DNA from: Longimicrobiales bacterium
Lineage (GTDB): Bacteria; Gemmatimonadota; Gemmatimonadetes; Longimicrobiales; Gaopeijiaceae
DNA: 64,000 bases
Assembly (NCBI GenBank): GCA_965238005.1
Contig: OZ250165.1
Span: 1,408,001-1,472,000, forward strand
Reading direction: 5' to 3'
The notes under the pieces are model-generated. The model was given only the letters and a program-made list of their open reading frames with translations. It was not told where the DNA came from and did not search any database. Numbering within the stretch: position 1 is the stretch's first letter; each line of letters opens with the position of its first letter. The position numbers were made by a program, and so were the translations under genes. This document shows positions 1 through 8,837 of the stretch, in pieces.

Positions 1-2
1 CT

Positions 3-2435
3 GGACGCGCCGACGACTTTCTCGAGCAGGCGCGCCAGGGCGAGCCCGCCTTCGTTCGTCGCTTCGCGGCCGGGGACGCCAACTACATGATGCAGGTGCC
101 TCTACGGGGGGGGAGGGTGCTCACCGGCGTCCTTCCTGCCCGGCGGGAGCTTCCCAATACGTCGCCGTTCGGTCCGGTCTTCGGGGGGCTGACAGCGCCG
201 ACCGAGAGTCCGCTGACGCTCGTACCCATTCTGCAGGGCGATGAAGCCAGCCAGACGGACCGGGTGGCGTGGGTTCGCACGTCCGACGGCTGGAAGGCTC
301 GCCAGAGCATCTCATACCTCGACGGAGGGTTCAACGCCCAGTACGTGGTCGACTTGCCCGGGCCGTTGCTGGCGACCGCAAGGGGAGCCCTGCTGATTCT
401 GGGCCACGTGGGCCTGATCCTGCTCCTGTGGACACTGGGTCAGTTCGTCTTGGTGGGCCGCCGGCCGGCGGTCAGAAGCTGGAAGAACCCGTTCGCTTCC
501 TTCCGCGCGCGCGTGACCTGGGCGTTGTTCGGGTTCTTCGTCCTCTCTGCCGCCCTCTTCGGAAGTCTGGCGTTCCGCACCCTCTCCCAAGCGACCGTCC
601 GTACCGCTGCAACCATCGCTGCGCGCATCGCTGCTGACGCCGCTGCCTTCTACTACCAGGCCGGGCAATCCATGACTCTTCTTTCCAGCCGGGTGGGGGC
701 CGACCTGCTCGAGTATCGGGCGGGGGAGCTTCGTGGTGGGTCGGTCGATGACCTCGTGGAGATGGGCCTGTACGACGGATGGATCCCCTTCGAGGTGAAC
801 CAGCAGCTCGAAAGCCGTGAAGAGCTCTTGGAGACAGCTCTCGGAAATCTCGGCCGGCGGCAGTATCTCATGGCGTTCCGGAGGCTTCCGGACGGAGACG
901 TCGTGGCGACGCAGGTGCCCCTTCAGGCCGGCGCCACGGCGCTACGGCAGAGAGAGGTGGCCGAGTTGGTCGCCTTCGTGGTCCTGCTGGGGGCCGGACT
1001 GTCGCTGGGGCTTGCCCTTCTCGTCGGGAGGACCCTCACGAGTCCGATCCGCACGCTTCAGGTTGCGTCGGAGAGAGTCGGTGGCGGAAACCTGGCCGTG
1101 CAACTTCCCGATGCCCGGGCCGACGAGTTCGGGTCGGTCTTCGAGGCCTTCAATCGAATGGTGCTTCGTATCAGCCGAGCTCGTCAGGAACTTGTCCGGA
1201 CGACGCGTCGGACCCAGGCCATCGTCGATGAGGCGGCCACCGGCGTCGTGGCACTCGACCGGTCGGGGGACGTCACGCTGGTGAACCCGAGGGCCCAGAT
1301 CGTTCTCGGAGGTCAGGTGGAGGTGGGTGAGCCCCTGCCGCAGCTGGAGGGTGCACGTGCCGAGCTGGTCCTGTGGATTGAGAAGTGTCTTCGGGACGGT
1401 CTTCGAGAGGCGACGGCCGAGTTCCAGTTCGGCGAGCGCCGGATTCGAATCCGGTCCAGGGAGATCTCCCGGCAGGGGGCCGGTGGTGTGGTGCTCTCCA
1501 TCGAAGATGTGACCGACGAGCTTCGCACGGAGCGTATTCTGGCCTGGGGTGAGATGGCCCGTCAGGTCGCTCATGAGGTCAAGAACCCGCTCACGCCCAT
1601 CAAGCTGAGCGTCCAGCACATTCGCCGGGCTTGGCAGGATCAGCGTGAGGACTTCGAGCCCATCCTGGATCGCAACGTGGGAGCGATCTTGAGCGAGATC
1701 GACCGCCTCGCCGAGATTGCGAGTGGCTTTTCACGATTCGGAGCGCCGGCCGCGGCCGGGGAGATTCCCCTCGAGCCGGTCGATGTGGGATCCGTGGCTC
1801 AGGACGTGCTGACCCTCTACCGGGTGGATGAAGAAGGTCCGGTGCGCTTCGCTGCCCGGGTACCCGAAGACCTCCCCCGTGTGAGCGCGCGGGAGACCGA
1901 ATTCAAGGAGGTACTCCTCAACCTGCTGGAGAACGCGCGTGTGGCGATCGAAGGAGGCGGTCAGGTCGTCATCGAGGCCGTATCCGTTCCCACCGAGGTT
2001 GAGGTGTGGGTTCGCGACGATGGCACGGGCATCCCGCCCGAGCTTCTCGGGCGCATTTTCGAGCCGCAATTCAGCACGCGCTCCACGGGTACGGGACTCG
2101 GTCTCGCCATCGTCCGAAAGCTAGTCGAGTCTTGGGGTGGCACAGTGACGGCGGAGAGCGGTCGTGGAGAAGGCACGGTAATCCGTCTGCAACTGAGACC
2201 CTGGGGTGATTCCGGCGAGGAGGGGAGTGAGAGGACGCCTGCGAACGAAGACGGTGAGGAAGCGGCGTCCCCGAGGGAAGACGTGGAGGGCGAGAAGGCG
2301 CTGGCCGCCACCGCCGGCGACGGCGACGCGGCGGGCGCCGGCGCCGCATCCCCCACCGGGGAGAGGGAAGGCGACGCGGCGGAGGTCGATCTTGCTGCAG
2401 AACCTGGCGACGGGAAGGAGGATTCGGCACCTTAG
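3..2435 (+). CDS. NtrY-like membrane sensor histidine kinase (HAMP-PAS-HisKA-HATPase), 5'-truncated by window edge
   Basis: Frame open from position 3. H-box AWGEMARQVAHEVKNPLTPI, N-box NLLENA, G-boxes DDGTGI and GTGLGLAIV. Acidic C-terminal tail. Confidence 0.9.
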   Translation, partial: GRADDFLEQARQGEPAFVRRFAAGDANYMMQVPLRGGRVLTGVLPARRELPNTSPFGPVFGGLTAPTESPLTLVPILQGDEASQTDRVAWVRTSDGWKARQSISYLDGGFNAQYVVDLPGPLLATARGALLILGHVGLILLLWTLGQFVLVGRRPAVRSWKNPFASFRARVTWALFGFFVLSAALFGSLAFRTLSQATVRTAATIAARIAADAAAFYYQAGQSMTLLSSRVGADLLEYRAGELRGGSVDDLVEMGLYDGWIPFEVNQQLESREELLETALGNLGRRQYLMAFRRLPDGDVVATQVPLQAGATALRQREVAELVAFVVLLGAGLSLGLALLVGRTLTSPIRTLQVASERVGGGNLAVQLPDARADEFGSVFEAFNRMVLRISRARQELVRTTRRTQAIVDEAATGVVALDRSGDVTLVNPRAQIVLGGQVEVGEPLPQLEGARAELVLWIEKCLRDGLREATAEFQFGERRIRIRSREISRQGAGGVVLSIEDVTDELRTERILAWGEMARQVAHEVKNPLTPIKLSVQHIRRAWQDQREDFEPILDRNVGAILSEIDRLAEIASGFSRFGAPAAAGEIPLEPVDVGSVAQDVLTLYRVDEEGPVRFAARVPEDLPRVSARETEFKEVLLNLLENARVAIEGGGQVVIEAVSVPTEVEVWVRDDGTGIPPELLGRIFEPQFSTRSTGTGLGLAIVRKLVESWGGTVTAESGRGEGTVIRLQLRPWGDSGEEGSERTPANEDGEEAASPREDVEGEKALAATAGDGDAAGAGAASPTGEREGDAAEVDLAAEPGDGKEDSAP

Positions 2436-2476
2436 AACACCTGTTTGCGAGCTTCCCTGTCTCATTCTGGAGCATC

Positions 2477-3085
2477 ATGAGGGATTCTGTCGGCGAGCCG
2501 ACCGAGATCCAACCCACGCAACCGCCCTCACGAACCCACGCTGCATCATCCAGCACCCGTCGACTCGGGGAGTGGCTTGAGCAGCAGACCGAATTCCTGT
2601 TACGACACTGGCTCGACGAGGTTCGCCATCGCGCGAGCCTGGACGCGGAAATGGAACAGCTCCTCAAGCGGTTCCTGGAGCTCCTCACCAGGCTGCTTCC
2701 GCAAGCCGTCGGGCAGCATCGCGCACAGGTGGCTCCGCTGTGGAGACAAGCCGCGGAGCTCTATGGGTCGCTGGGGCCCCAGCGCGGCCTGGCAGCGGGG
2801 GAGATCGTCGAGGAGTTCCAGATTCTGCGGGAAGCCGTCATACGACTCCTGTTCCAGGCGCCCCCGGCCCGGTATGGCGCTGCGTTTTCGCTCGCGGACG
2901 CGCTGCGCCTCAACCGCTTCCTCGACAGTGGCGTCACGCATGCGAGCATCGGGCACACCGACGCCCTCTTCTTCGCTCTCTTCCAGGGGAGCGGCGTCCC
3001 CAAGGTGCCCACCACCCAGCTGGTGACGGAGGTGGAAGAGCAGCTCCAGGCCATCGAGGAGGAGTTGTCGGCCGACGCCCACTGA
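2477..3085 (+). CDS. Hypothetical helical protein, RsbRD N-terminal-domain-like
   Basis: 202-aa ORF with GGAG SD. Pattern ..LLRHW..; AELYG..QRGL..GEIVEEFQILREAVIRLL resembles RsbRD_N/HisK_N domains (inference). Confidence 0.55.
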   Translation: MRDSVGEPTEIQPTQPPSRTHAASSSTRRLGEWLEQQTEFLLRHWLDEVRHRASLDAEMEQLLKRFLELLTRLLPQAVGQHRAQVAPLWRQAAELYGSLGPQRGLAAGEIVEEFQILREAVIRLLFQAPPARYGAAFSLADALRLNRFLDSGVTHASIGHTDALFFALFQGSGVPKVPTTQLVTEVEEQLQAIEEELSADAH

Positions 3086-3155
3086 GCCGCCTCCGACGAT
3101 GACGACGCCGTGCTACCCCGGAGCCAGCCAGGCGGGGGGGATAGGAGTGGGTGAC

Positions 3156-4628
3156 ATGCCCCCGGAAGAGTTCCGGAGGCACGGGCACGAGGTGGTGGAC
3201 TGGATTGCCGACTACCTCGGAGGAGTCGGGTCCTATCCTGTTGTCCCTCCCGTTTCTCCGGGCCAGATCCGCGAAAGCCTTCCGGCTTCAGCGCCATCGA
3301 GGGGCGAGCCCTTCGAGGACATCCTCCACGACTTCGACTCGAAAATCCTTCCCGGCATCACGCACTGGAATCACCCCGGGTTCTTCGCCTACTTCGCGGT
3401 CACCGGATCGGGTCCGGGGATCCTGGGCGAGATGCTCTCGGCGGCCCTCAACGTCAATGCCATGGTGTGGCGGAGCTCTCCTTCTGGCACGGAGCTGGAG
3501 GAGCTCACGCTCGACTGGCTACGTGAGCTCGTGGAGCTCCCGGCGGCGTTCCAGGGTGCGATCAACGACACGGCCTCGTCCGGCACCTTGTATGCGCTCT
3601 CAGCGGCGCGCGAAGCTTGCTTTCCCGAAGCGAGAGAGAAGGGTCTCTTCAGGACTCCCGTCGGCTGCATCTACGCCTCCGAGGAGGCCCACTCCTCCAT
3701 CGACAAGTCGGCGATCACTCTGGGCTTCGGACTCGAGGGAGTGCGGCGCATCGAGGCCGATGACGAGTTCCGAATGGACACGGATGCGCTCCGGAGAGCT
3801 CTGGAAGAGGATGTGGCCCGTGAGATCCGTCCCGTGGCCCTGGTGGCTACTCTGGGAACGACTTCGACCAGCAGCCTGGACCCGGTTGACGAGCTGGCGG
3901 ACGTCGCGGAGGAATACGGCGCGTGGCTTCACGTGGACGCGGCATATGCCGGCCCGGCCGCCATCGTTCCCGAGCTCCGGCAGCACTTCTCCGGGTGGGA
4001 GCGGGCCGACTCCATTGTGCTGAATCCCCACAAGTGGCTGTTCACGCCCATCGACTGCTCGATTCTATACTGCAGGCGCCCCGATCAGCTGCGAAGAGCT
4101 TTCAGCGTGACACCGGAGTACCTGAGGACGAGGGAGCAAGAGAGCGCTACCAACCTCATGGACTATGGCCTGCCGTTGGGCCGTCGACTGCGGGCCCTCA
4201 AGCTGTGGTTCGTTCTCCGCTACTTCGGGAGTGAGGGGATCGCGGAGCGGATCCGAGCCCACTGCCGGCTCGCCTCGATCTTCGCCGGCCTCGTGGACGA
4301 CGCGCCAGGATGGGAACGGGTGGCGCCGGTCCCCTTCAGCACAGTGGTATTCCGCTATGTGCCCTCAGCCGCACTTGGCGACACGCCCGGGACGGGCGGT
4401 ACGGCGGAATGCGGCGACGCCACCGATGCGGGCGAGTTCCAGGACCGACTCAACATGGCGATCCTGGATCGAGTGAACGAAAGCGGGGATGTGTTCCTTT
4501 CACACACCCGACTCCACGGGCGCGTGGCGCTGCGGTTCTCGGTGGGGAACCTGCGGTCCACCGAGACCCATGTCCGCCGGGCTTGGGAGCTCTTGGCCTC
4601 GGCGGCTGCCGAGGCCCAACCAGATTGA
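3156..4628 (+). CDS. PLP-dependent aromatic L-amino acid decarboxylase (group II)
   Basis: EEFRRHGHEVVDWIADY, PGITHWNHPGFFAYF, WLHVDAAYAG and PLP-lysine motif NPHKW. AGGAG SD before ATG 3156. Confidence 0.9.
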   Translation: MPPEEFRRHGHEVVDWIADYLGGVGSYPVVPPVSPGQIRESLPASAPSRGEPFEDILHDFDSKILPGITHWNHPGFFAYFAVTGSGPGILGEMLSAALNVNAMVWRSSPSGTELEELTLDWLRELVELPAAFQGAINDTASSGTLYALSAAREACFPEAREKGLFRTPVGCIYASEEAHSSIDKSAITLGFGLEGVRRIEADDEFRMDTDALRRALEEDVAREIRPVALVATLGTTSTSSLDPVDELADVAEEYGAWLHVDAAYAGPAAIVPELRQHFSGWERADSIVLNPHKWLFTPIDCSILYCRRPDQLRRAFSVTPEYLRTREQESATNLMDYGLPLGRRLRALKLWFVLRYFGSEGIAERIRAHCRLASIFAGLVDDAPGWERVAPVPFSTVVFRYVPSAALGDTPGTGGTAECGDATDAGEFQDRLNMAILDRVNESGDVFLSHTRLHGRVALRFSVGNLRSTETHVRRAWELLASAAAEAQPD

Positions 4629-4656
4629 GGTGCTAGTCACGGAGCCGCGCCCCGGG

Positions 4657-6060
4657 TCAGGCCTCTCTGACCTCCTTGGCCAGCTCGGTCATGGACGCCT
4701 TGGCGTCCCCGAAGAGCATCATCGTGTGATCCATGTAGAACAGAGGGTTGTCGATCCCGGCGAAGCCCGGTGACAAGCTTCGCTTCATGATGATCACGCT
4801 CTTGGCCCGCTCGACGTCGAGGATCGGCATCCCTGCGATGACACTCTGGGGATTGTGGGCATCGGGGTTCACCACGTCGTTGGCTCCCACCACGAGCGCG
4901 ACATCCGTGCGACCGAAATCGTCGTTGATCTCGTCGAGGTCGAACAGCTTGTCGTAGGGGACGTCGGCCTCCGCGAGCAGGACATTCATGTGCCCCGGCA
5001 TCCGGCCGGCGACCGGGTGGACGGCATATCTCACGTCCACGCCACGCTCCTCCAGGTTGTCCATCACCTTCCGGAGGTCGTGCTGGGCCTGGGCGACGGC
5101 GAGCCCGTAACCCGGGACCACGATCACCGACTGGGCGTAGGCCAGTATCATGGCCGCCCCTTCCGGGTCGATGGAGCGGGCCGTTTTGTCACCCGCACCG
5201 ATCTGCGCGACCGTGGCACCCTCGGCTCCGAATGCCCCGAAGGCCACGTTCGCCAGAGAGCGGTTCATGGCCTTGCACATGATCATCGTGAGGATGAGCC
5301 CCGCAGCCCCGACCAACGCACCGCTGATGATGAGCACGTTGTTGGCGATTACGAATCCGGCCGCGGAGGCCGCCAGGCCCGAGTAGGAGTTGAGGAGAGA
5401 GATCACGACGGGCATGTCGGCGCCCCCGATCGGGATCACCAACAGTATGCCCAGAAGCAGCGCGACGACCGAGAAGATCGAGAACGTGACCAGGCTGGAC
5501 AGTCCTCCGACCTGGAACACACCCATCACCGAGGCGCCCAGGCCCAGGAGGGCCAGGAAAAGGAAGGCGTTGAACGTCTTCTGGAGAGGGAAGGTGATCG
5601 GATTTCCGGTTACGAGACCCTGGAGCTTCCCGAACGCGACGAAGCTGCCCGAGAACGTCACCATTCCGATCAGGCATGAGAGTGCGATGGTCAGCCCATC
5701 GCCGAGGACGAGCGTGGCCCCGGTGGTCTGAACTCGAACCAGCTCGGCCGCGGCCACCAGGGCCGAGGCTCCTCCACCGAACCCGTTGAAGGCCCCCACC
5801 AGCTGCGGCATGTCGGTCATCTTCACGGTGCGCGCCAGCACGCCGCCGATCAGGCCGCCCAGAATCATGCCGCCCACGATTCCGGTCCAGCTCACGGCCT
5901 GGTTCTCCACGAGCGTGGCCACGATGGCGATTAGCATGGCCAGTGCGGCCAACCGGTTGCCGGCGCGAGCGGTGGCGGGAGACTGCAGTCGCTTGAGCCC
6001 GACCACGAAGAGGACGGAAGAGAAGAGGTACGAAAGCTCCACCCAAAGCGAGAGATCCAT
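4657..6060 (-). CDS. pntB: NAD(P) transhydrogenase beta subunit
   Basis: MTDMPQLV, IGGADMPVVISLLNSYSG, VPGYGLAVAQAQH, HPVAGRMPGHMNVLLAEA. Confidence 0.97.
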   Translation of the reverse strand: MDLSLWVELSYLFSSVLFVVGLKRLQSPATARAGNRLAALAMLIAIVATLVENQAVSWTGIVGGMILGGLIGGVLARTVKMTDMPQLVGAFNGFGGGASALVAAAELVRVQTTGATLVLGDGLTIALSCLIGMVTFSGSFVAFGKLQGLVTGNPITFPLQKTFNAFLFLALLGLGASVMGVFQVGGLSSLVTFSIFSVVALLLGILLVIPIGGADMPVVISLLNSYSGLAASAAGFVIANNVLIISGALVGAAGLILTMIMCKAMNRSLANVAFGAFGAEGATVAQIGAGDKTARSIDPEGAAMILAYAQSVIVVPGYGLAVAQAQHDLRKVMDNLEERGVDVRYAVHPVAGRMPGHMNVLLAEADVPYDKLFDLDEINDDFGRTDVALVVGANDVVNPDAHNPQSVIAGMPILDVERAKSVIIMKRSLSPGFAGIDNPLFYMDHTMMLFGDAKASMTELAKEVREA

Positions 6061-6084
6061 TGGTTTGCTCCTTTGAGTGGGCGG

Positions 6085-6363
6085 CTATTTCTTCTTGAAC
6101 ATCTGGAGCATGCGATCGGTGACCATGAAGCCACCGACCACGTTCACCATGGCCATGACGATGGCCGTGATCCCCAGGATCTCCGACAACCCCGGTTCGA
6201 CCTGGGCGGAAACCACCAGGGCTCCGACTATGGCGATGCCCGAGATGGCGTTGGCCCCCGACATGAGGGGCGTATGAAGGGTCGGGGGCACCTTCGTGAT
6301 CACCTCCCGACCGGCCAGGGTAGCCAGGACGAAGACGTAGAGTCCTACGACCATCTCGCCCAT
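6085..6363 (-). CDS. pntAB: NAD(P) transhydrogenase alpha subunit, membrane part
   Basis: LHTPLMSGANAISG and NVVGGFMVTDRMLQMF. Confidence 0.95.
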   Translation of the reverse strand: MGEMVVGLYVFVLATLAGREVITKVPPTLHTPLMSGANAISGIAIVGALVVSAQVEPGLSEILGITAIVMAMVNVVGGFMVTDRMLQMFKKK

Positions 6364-6449
6364 CGAGTCCTCCTTCTATTTGTGATACAGTATCGGGCGT
6401 GGGCCGAGTGGGGTTCGGCCTGACAAAGTCGATGTATGCCGGCTCGTGG

Positions 6450-7583
6450 TCATGCGAGCCCGAGCCGCTCCCTCGTGGGTGGGTGTCGAACCTCACCACC
6501 GTGGCTCACGCACGTGGTGGCGACGACTTCGTCCTCGAAGTCCAGGGAGAGCTCACCGTCGGTCACCAGCTCCTTGAGGAGCGTCGCGACGTTCTTGGCG
6601 AACATCTGGCTGGCGTGCACAGGGATGCCAGCGGGAAGATTGGCAGGTCCCATGACCTTGACGCCGTTCCGGACGACGGTCTCGCCCTCCCGGGTTACGG
6701 CACAGTTCCCCCCCGAGGCGGCGGCGAGGTCGACGATCACCGATCCTGGCCGCATGGAGTCGACCATTTCTTCGGTGATGAGCTCGGGCGCCGGACGGCC
6801 CGGAATCTGAGCGGTCGTCACGACCAGGTCCGCATCCGAGATGTGAGCCGCGATAAGCTCCAACTCCCGCTGGTGCTGCTCCTCGCTGAGCTCCTTGGCG
6901 TATCCGCCCTCACCTTCGGCCGTGACCTCCTGCTCCGTCTCGAGGAACGACGCACCGAGGCTCTCTATCTGCTCCTTCACCTCGGGCCGCACGTCGAAGG
7001 CCTCCACCTTGGCCCCCAGCCGCCGTGCGGTGGCGATGGCCTGGAGACCGGCCACTCCCGCCCCCAAAATCAGGGCCTTGCCGGGCCGGATGGTACCGGC
7101 GGCCGTCATGAACATGGGGAGGAACTTGCTCAACGCGTCCGCTCCCATGAGAACGGCCTTATACCCCGCCACCGTCGCCTGCGAGGAGAGGACGTCCATG
7201 CTCTGTGCGCGCGTGATTCGCGGAATGAGCTCGAGGGCGAAGGCCGTCACTCCTGCCTTCCCCAAGCGCCCGATGAGCTCCGGGTCGGTGAGAGGAGACA
7301 AGAGCGAGATCAGGACCACCCCGTTGGGGAGTCCGGCGATCTCCTCATCGGTCGGCGCCTGGACTTTCAAGACGACTTTAGTCCCCTGGAGTGCTGCGGC
7401 CGCGTCAGCTGCGACGCTGGCTCCCGCCTCCCTGTATTCCTCATCGGTGAAGTGGGACCCCAGCCCGGCTCCCGAGGCGACCGTGACGTCACACCCGATC
7501 TTGGCGAGCTCACGAATGGTCGAAGGAATCAGCGCTACCCGGTTCTCTCCGGGTCTAGTTTCGCCGAGAACGGCAACATTCAT
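6450..7583 (-). CDS. pntAA: NAD(P) transhydrogenase alpha subunit, soluble NAD-binding part
   Basis: GENRVAL, PRITRAQSMDVLSSQA, GAGVAGLQAIATARRLGA, TTAQIPGRPAP. Start 7583 or 7607. Confidence 0.95.
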   Translation of the reverse strand: MNVAVLGETRPGENRVALIPSTIRELAKIGCDVTVASGAGLGSHFTDEEYREAGASVAADAAAALQGTKVVLKVQAPTDEEIAGLPNGVVLISLLSPLTDPELIGRLGKAGVTAFALELIPRITRAQSMDVLSSQATVAGYKAVLMGADALSKFLPMFMTAAGTIRPGKALILGAGVAGLQAIATARRLGAKVEAFDVRPEVKEQIESLGASFLETEQEVTAEGEGGYAKELSEEQHQRELELIAAHISDADLVVTTAQIPGRPAPELITEEMVDSMRPGSVIVDLAAASGGNCAVTREGETVVRNGVKVMGPANLPAGIPVHASQMFAKNVATLLKELVTDGELSLDFEDEVVATTCVSHGGEVRHPPTRERLGLA

Positions 7584-7712
7584 GGAGCGCTCCCGCAATT
7601 GATTCATGTTCGGAGTTTAGCGCACCAATCTAGCACCCGGCCTTGCAGGGTGATACTGGGCGTGCGCACCATATCGGCCCGCTTTTCTTTCCTCATGCTT
7701 TGCGAGGGATCC

Positions 7713-8505
7713 ATGCCCAATCCCACTCCTCCCGACGCCCTGGATCGCCGCGGATTCATGGCTCACATGTCGGCCTTTGGGGTTGCCGGCACGCTCTAGC
7801 CGGGTGCTCTCTGGGCCCGGATGCAGGAGCGCGGTGAGATCACATCCGAGATGCTCGAGGACGCCGACGCCGTGGCCGGTCTCAGCTTCACGGACGAGGA
7901 GCGGGAGCTGATGCTCGAGCGGCTCAACCGGAATCAGCAGGCCTACCTGGCGCTCCGGGGCAGAGCTTCGAGGCCGAGCCGGCGACCGAGCACGATCACG
8001 CGGCCTTGGAGACCCCGAGATCCCTCGGGGTGGATCCGGTACCCATCGATCTTCCCACCGAGTTTCCCCTGAGTGCTCTCGGGATCATCCTCACTGCCGA
8101 GGCGGCTGCGGCCTTCGAAAGGCTGACCACCAGCGGTCGCGTCGAGCTGCTCGTTAGGCAGACTCGGGGCGCGTGGCCCACATCGTTCCCCACGGCCCGG
8201 ATGATCCCGGCCGTGGAGTACATCCAGGCCAACCGGGTTCGCACCATGGTCATGGGGGCGCTGGAGGCCGCGCTGGGGAGCATCGACGTCTTCATCACCC
8301 CCACGCCCGCCCCGGATGTCTCCTTGATGACGAACCTGACGGGTCATCCGGCGGTCGTGGTGCCCAGCGGCTTCACCGACGAGGGGACCCCCTGAGCGTC
8401 TCCTTCATCGGCAATCTGTGGGGAGACGCGGAGACCCTCCGGGTGGCGAGGGCCTGACAGAACGCCACGGATTTCCATAGCAGGCGGCCGCCCCTCTTCA
8501 GCTAG
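7713..8505 (+). pseudogene. Degraded Tat-exported amidase (amidase-signature family)
   Basis: Tat signal LDRRGFMAH. In-frame TAG 7797-7799, large internal deletion near 7960, frameshift near 8390, TGA 8455-8457. Amidase C-terminal motifs TNLTGHPAVVVPSGF and QNATDFHSRRPPLFS* remain. Confidence 0.8.
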
Positions 8506-8683
8506 TGTCCCGTTACCAAAGTGTCTCGGCCAGCCGAGGGCACGGTGCATCCGTGGGCTCGGCGTTGGGACTCCTTGCGACCACGCTTCGCGCGGTGCCC
8601 GCTTGCGCTACGCCGCGTCGTCCCGCCTTGATCCCACGGCGCCCCGACCCTCTTCGTGGCTCGCGAACTTCGGAAACGGAACA
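8506..8683. mobile_element. MITE-like element family A, copy 1 (178 bp)
   Basis: Imperfect 17-bp TIR tgtcccgttaccaaagt / acttcggaaacggaaca. Left flank CTAG is the amidase stop; right flank CTGG. About 10 differences from copy 3. Confidence 0.9.
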
Positions 8684-8837
8684 CTGGGAGCCCATGCGTC
8701 GATCGCGCACCCGCGAGCCGGTCGGCGTCTGCCGGGGGTCTGCCGCTCACCCCCTACGTGATTCTCTCCGGGATATGGATCCGCCCGCTGGTTCGCTGCA
8801 GGGTTAGAGGCAACCGCCCAGTCCTGGAGGCACATCG

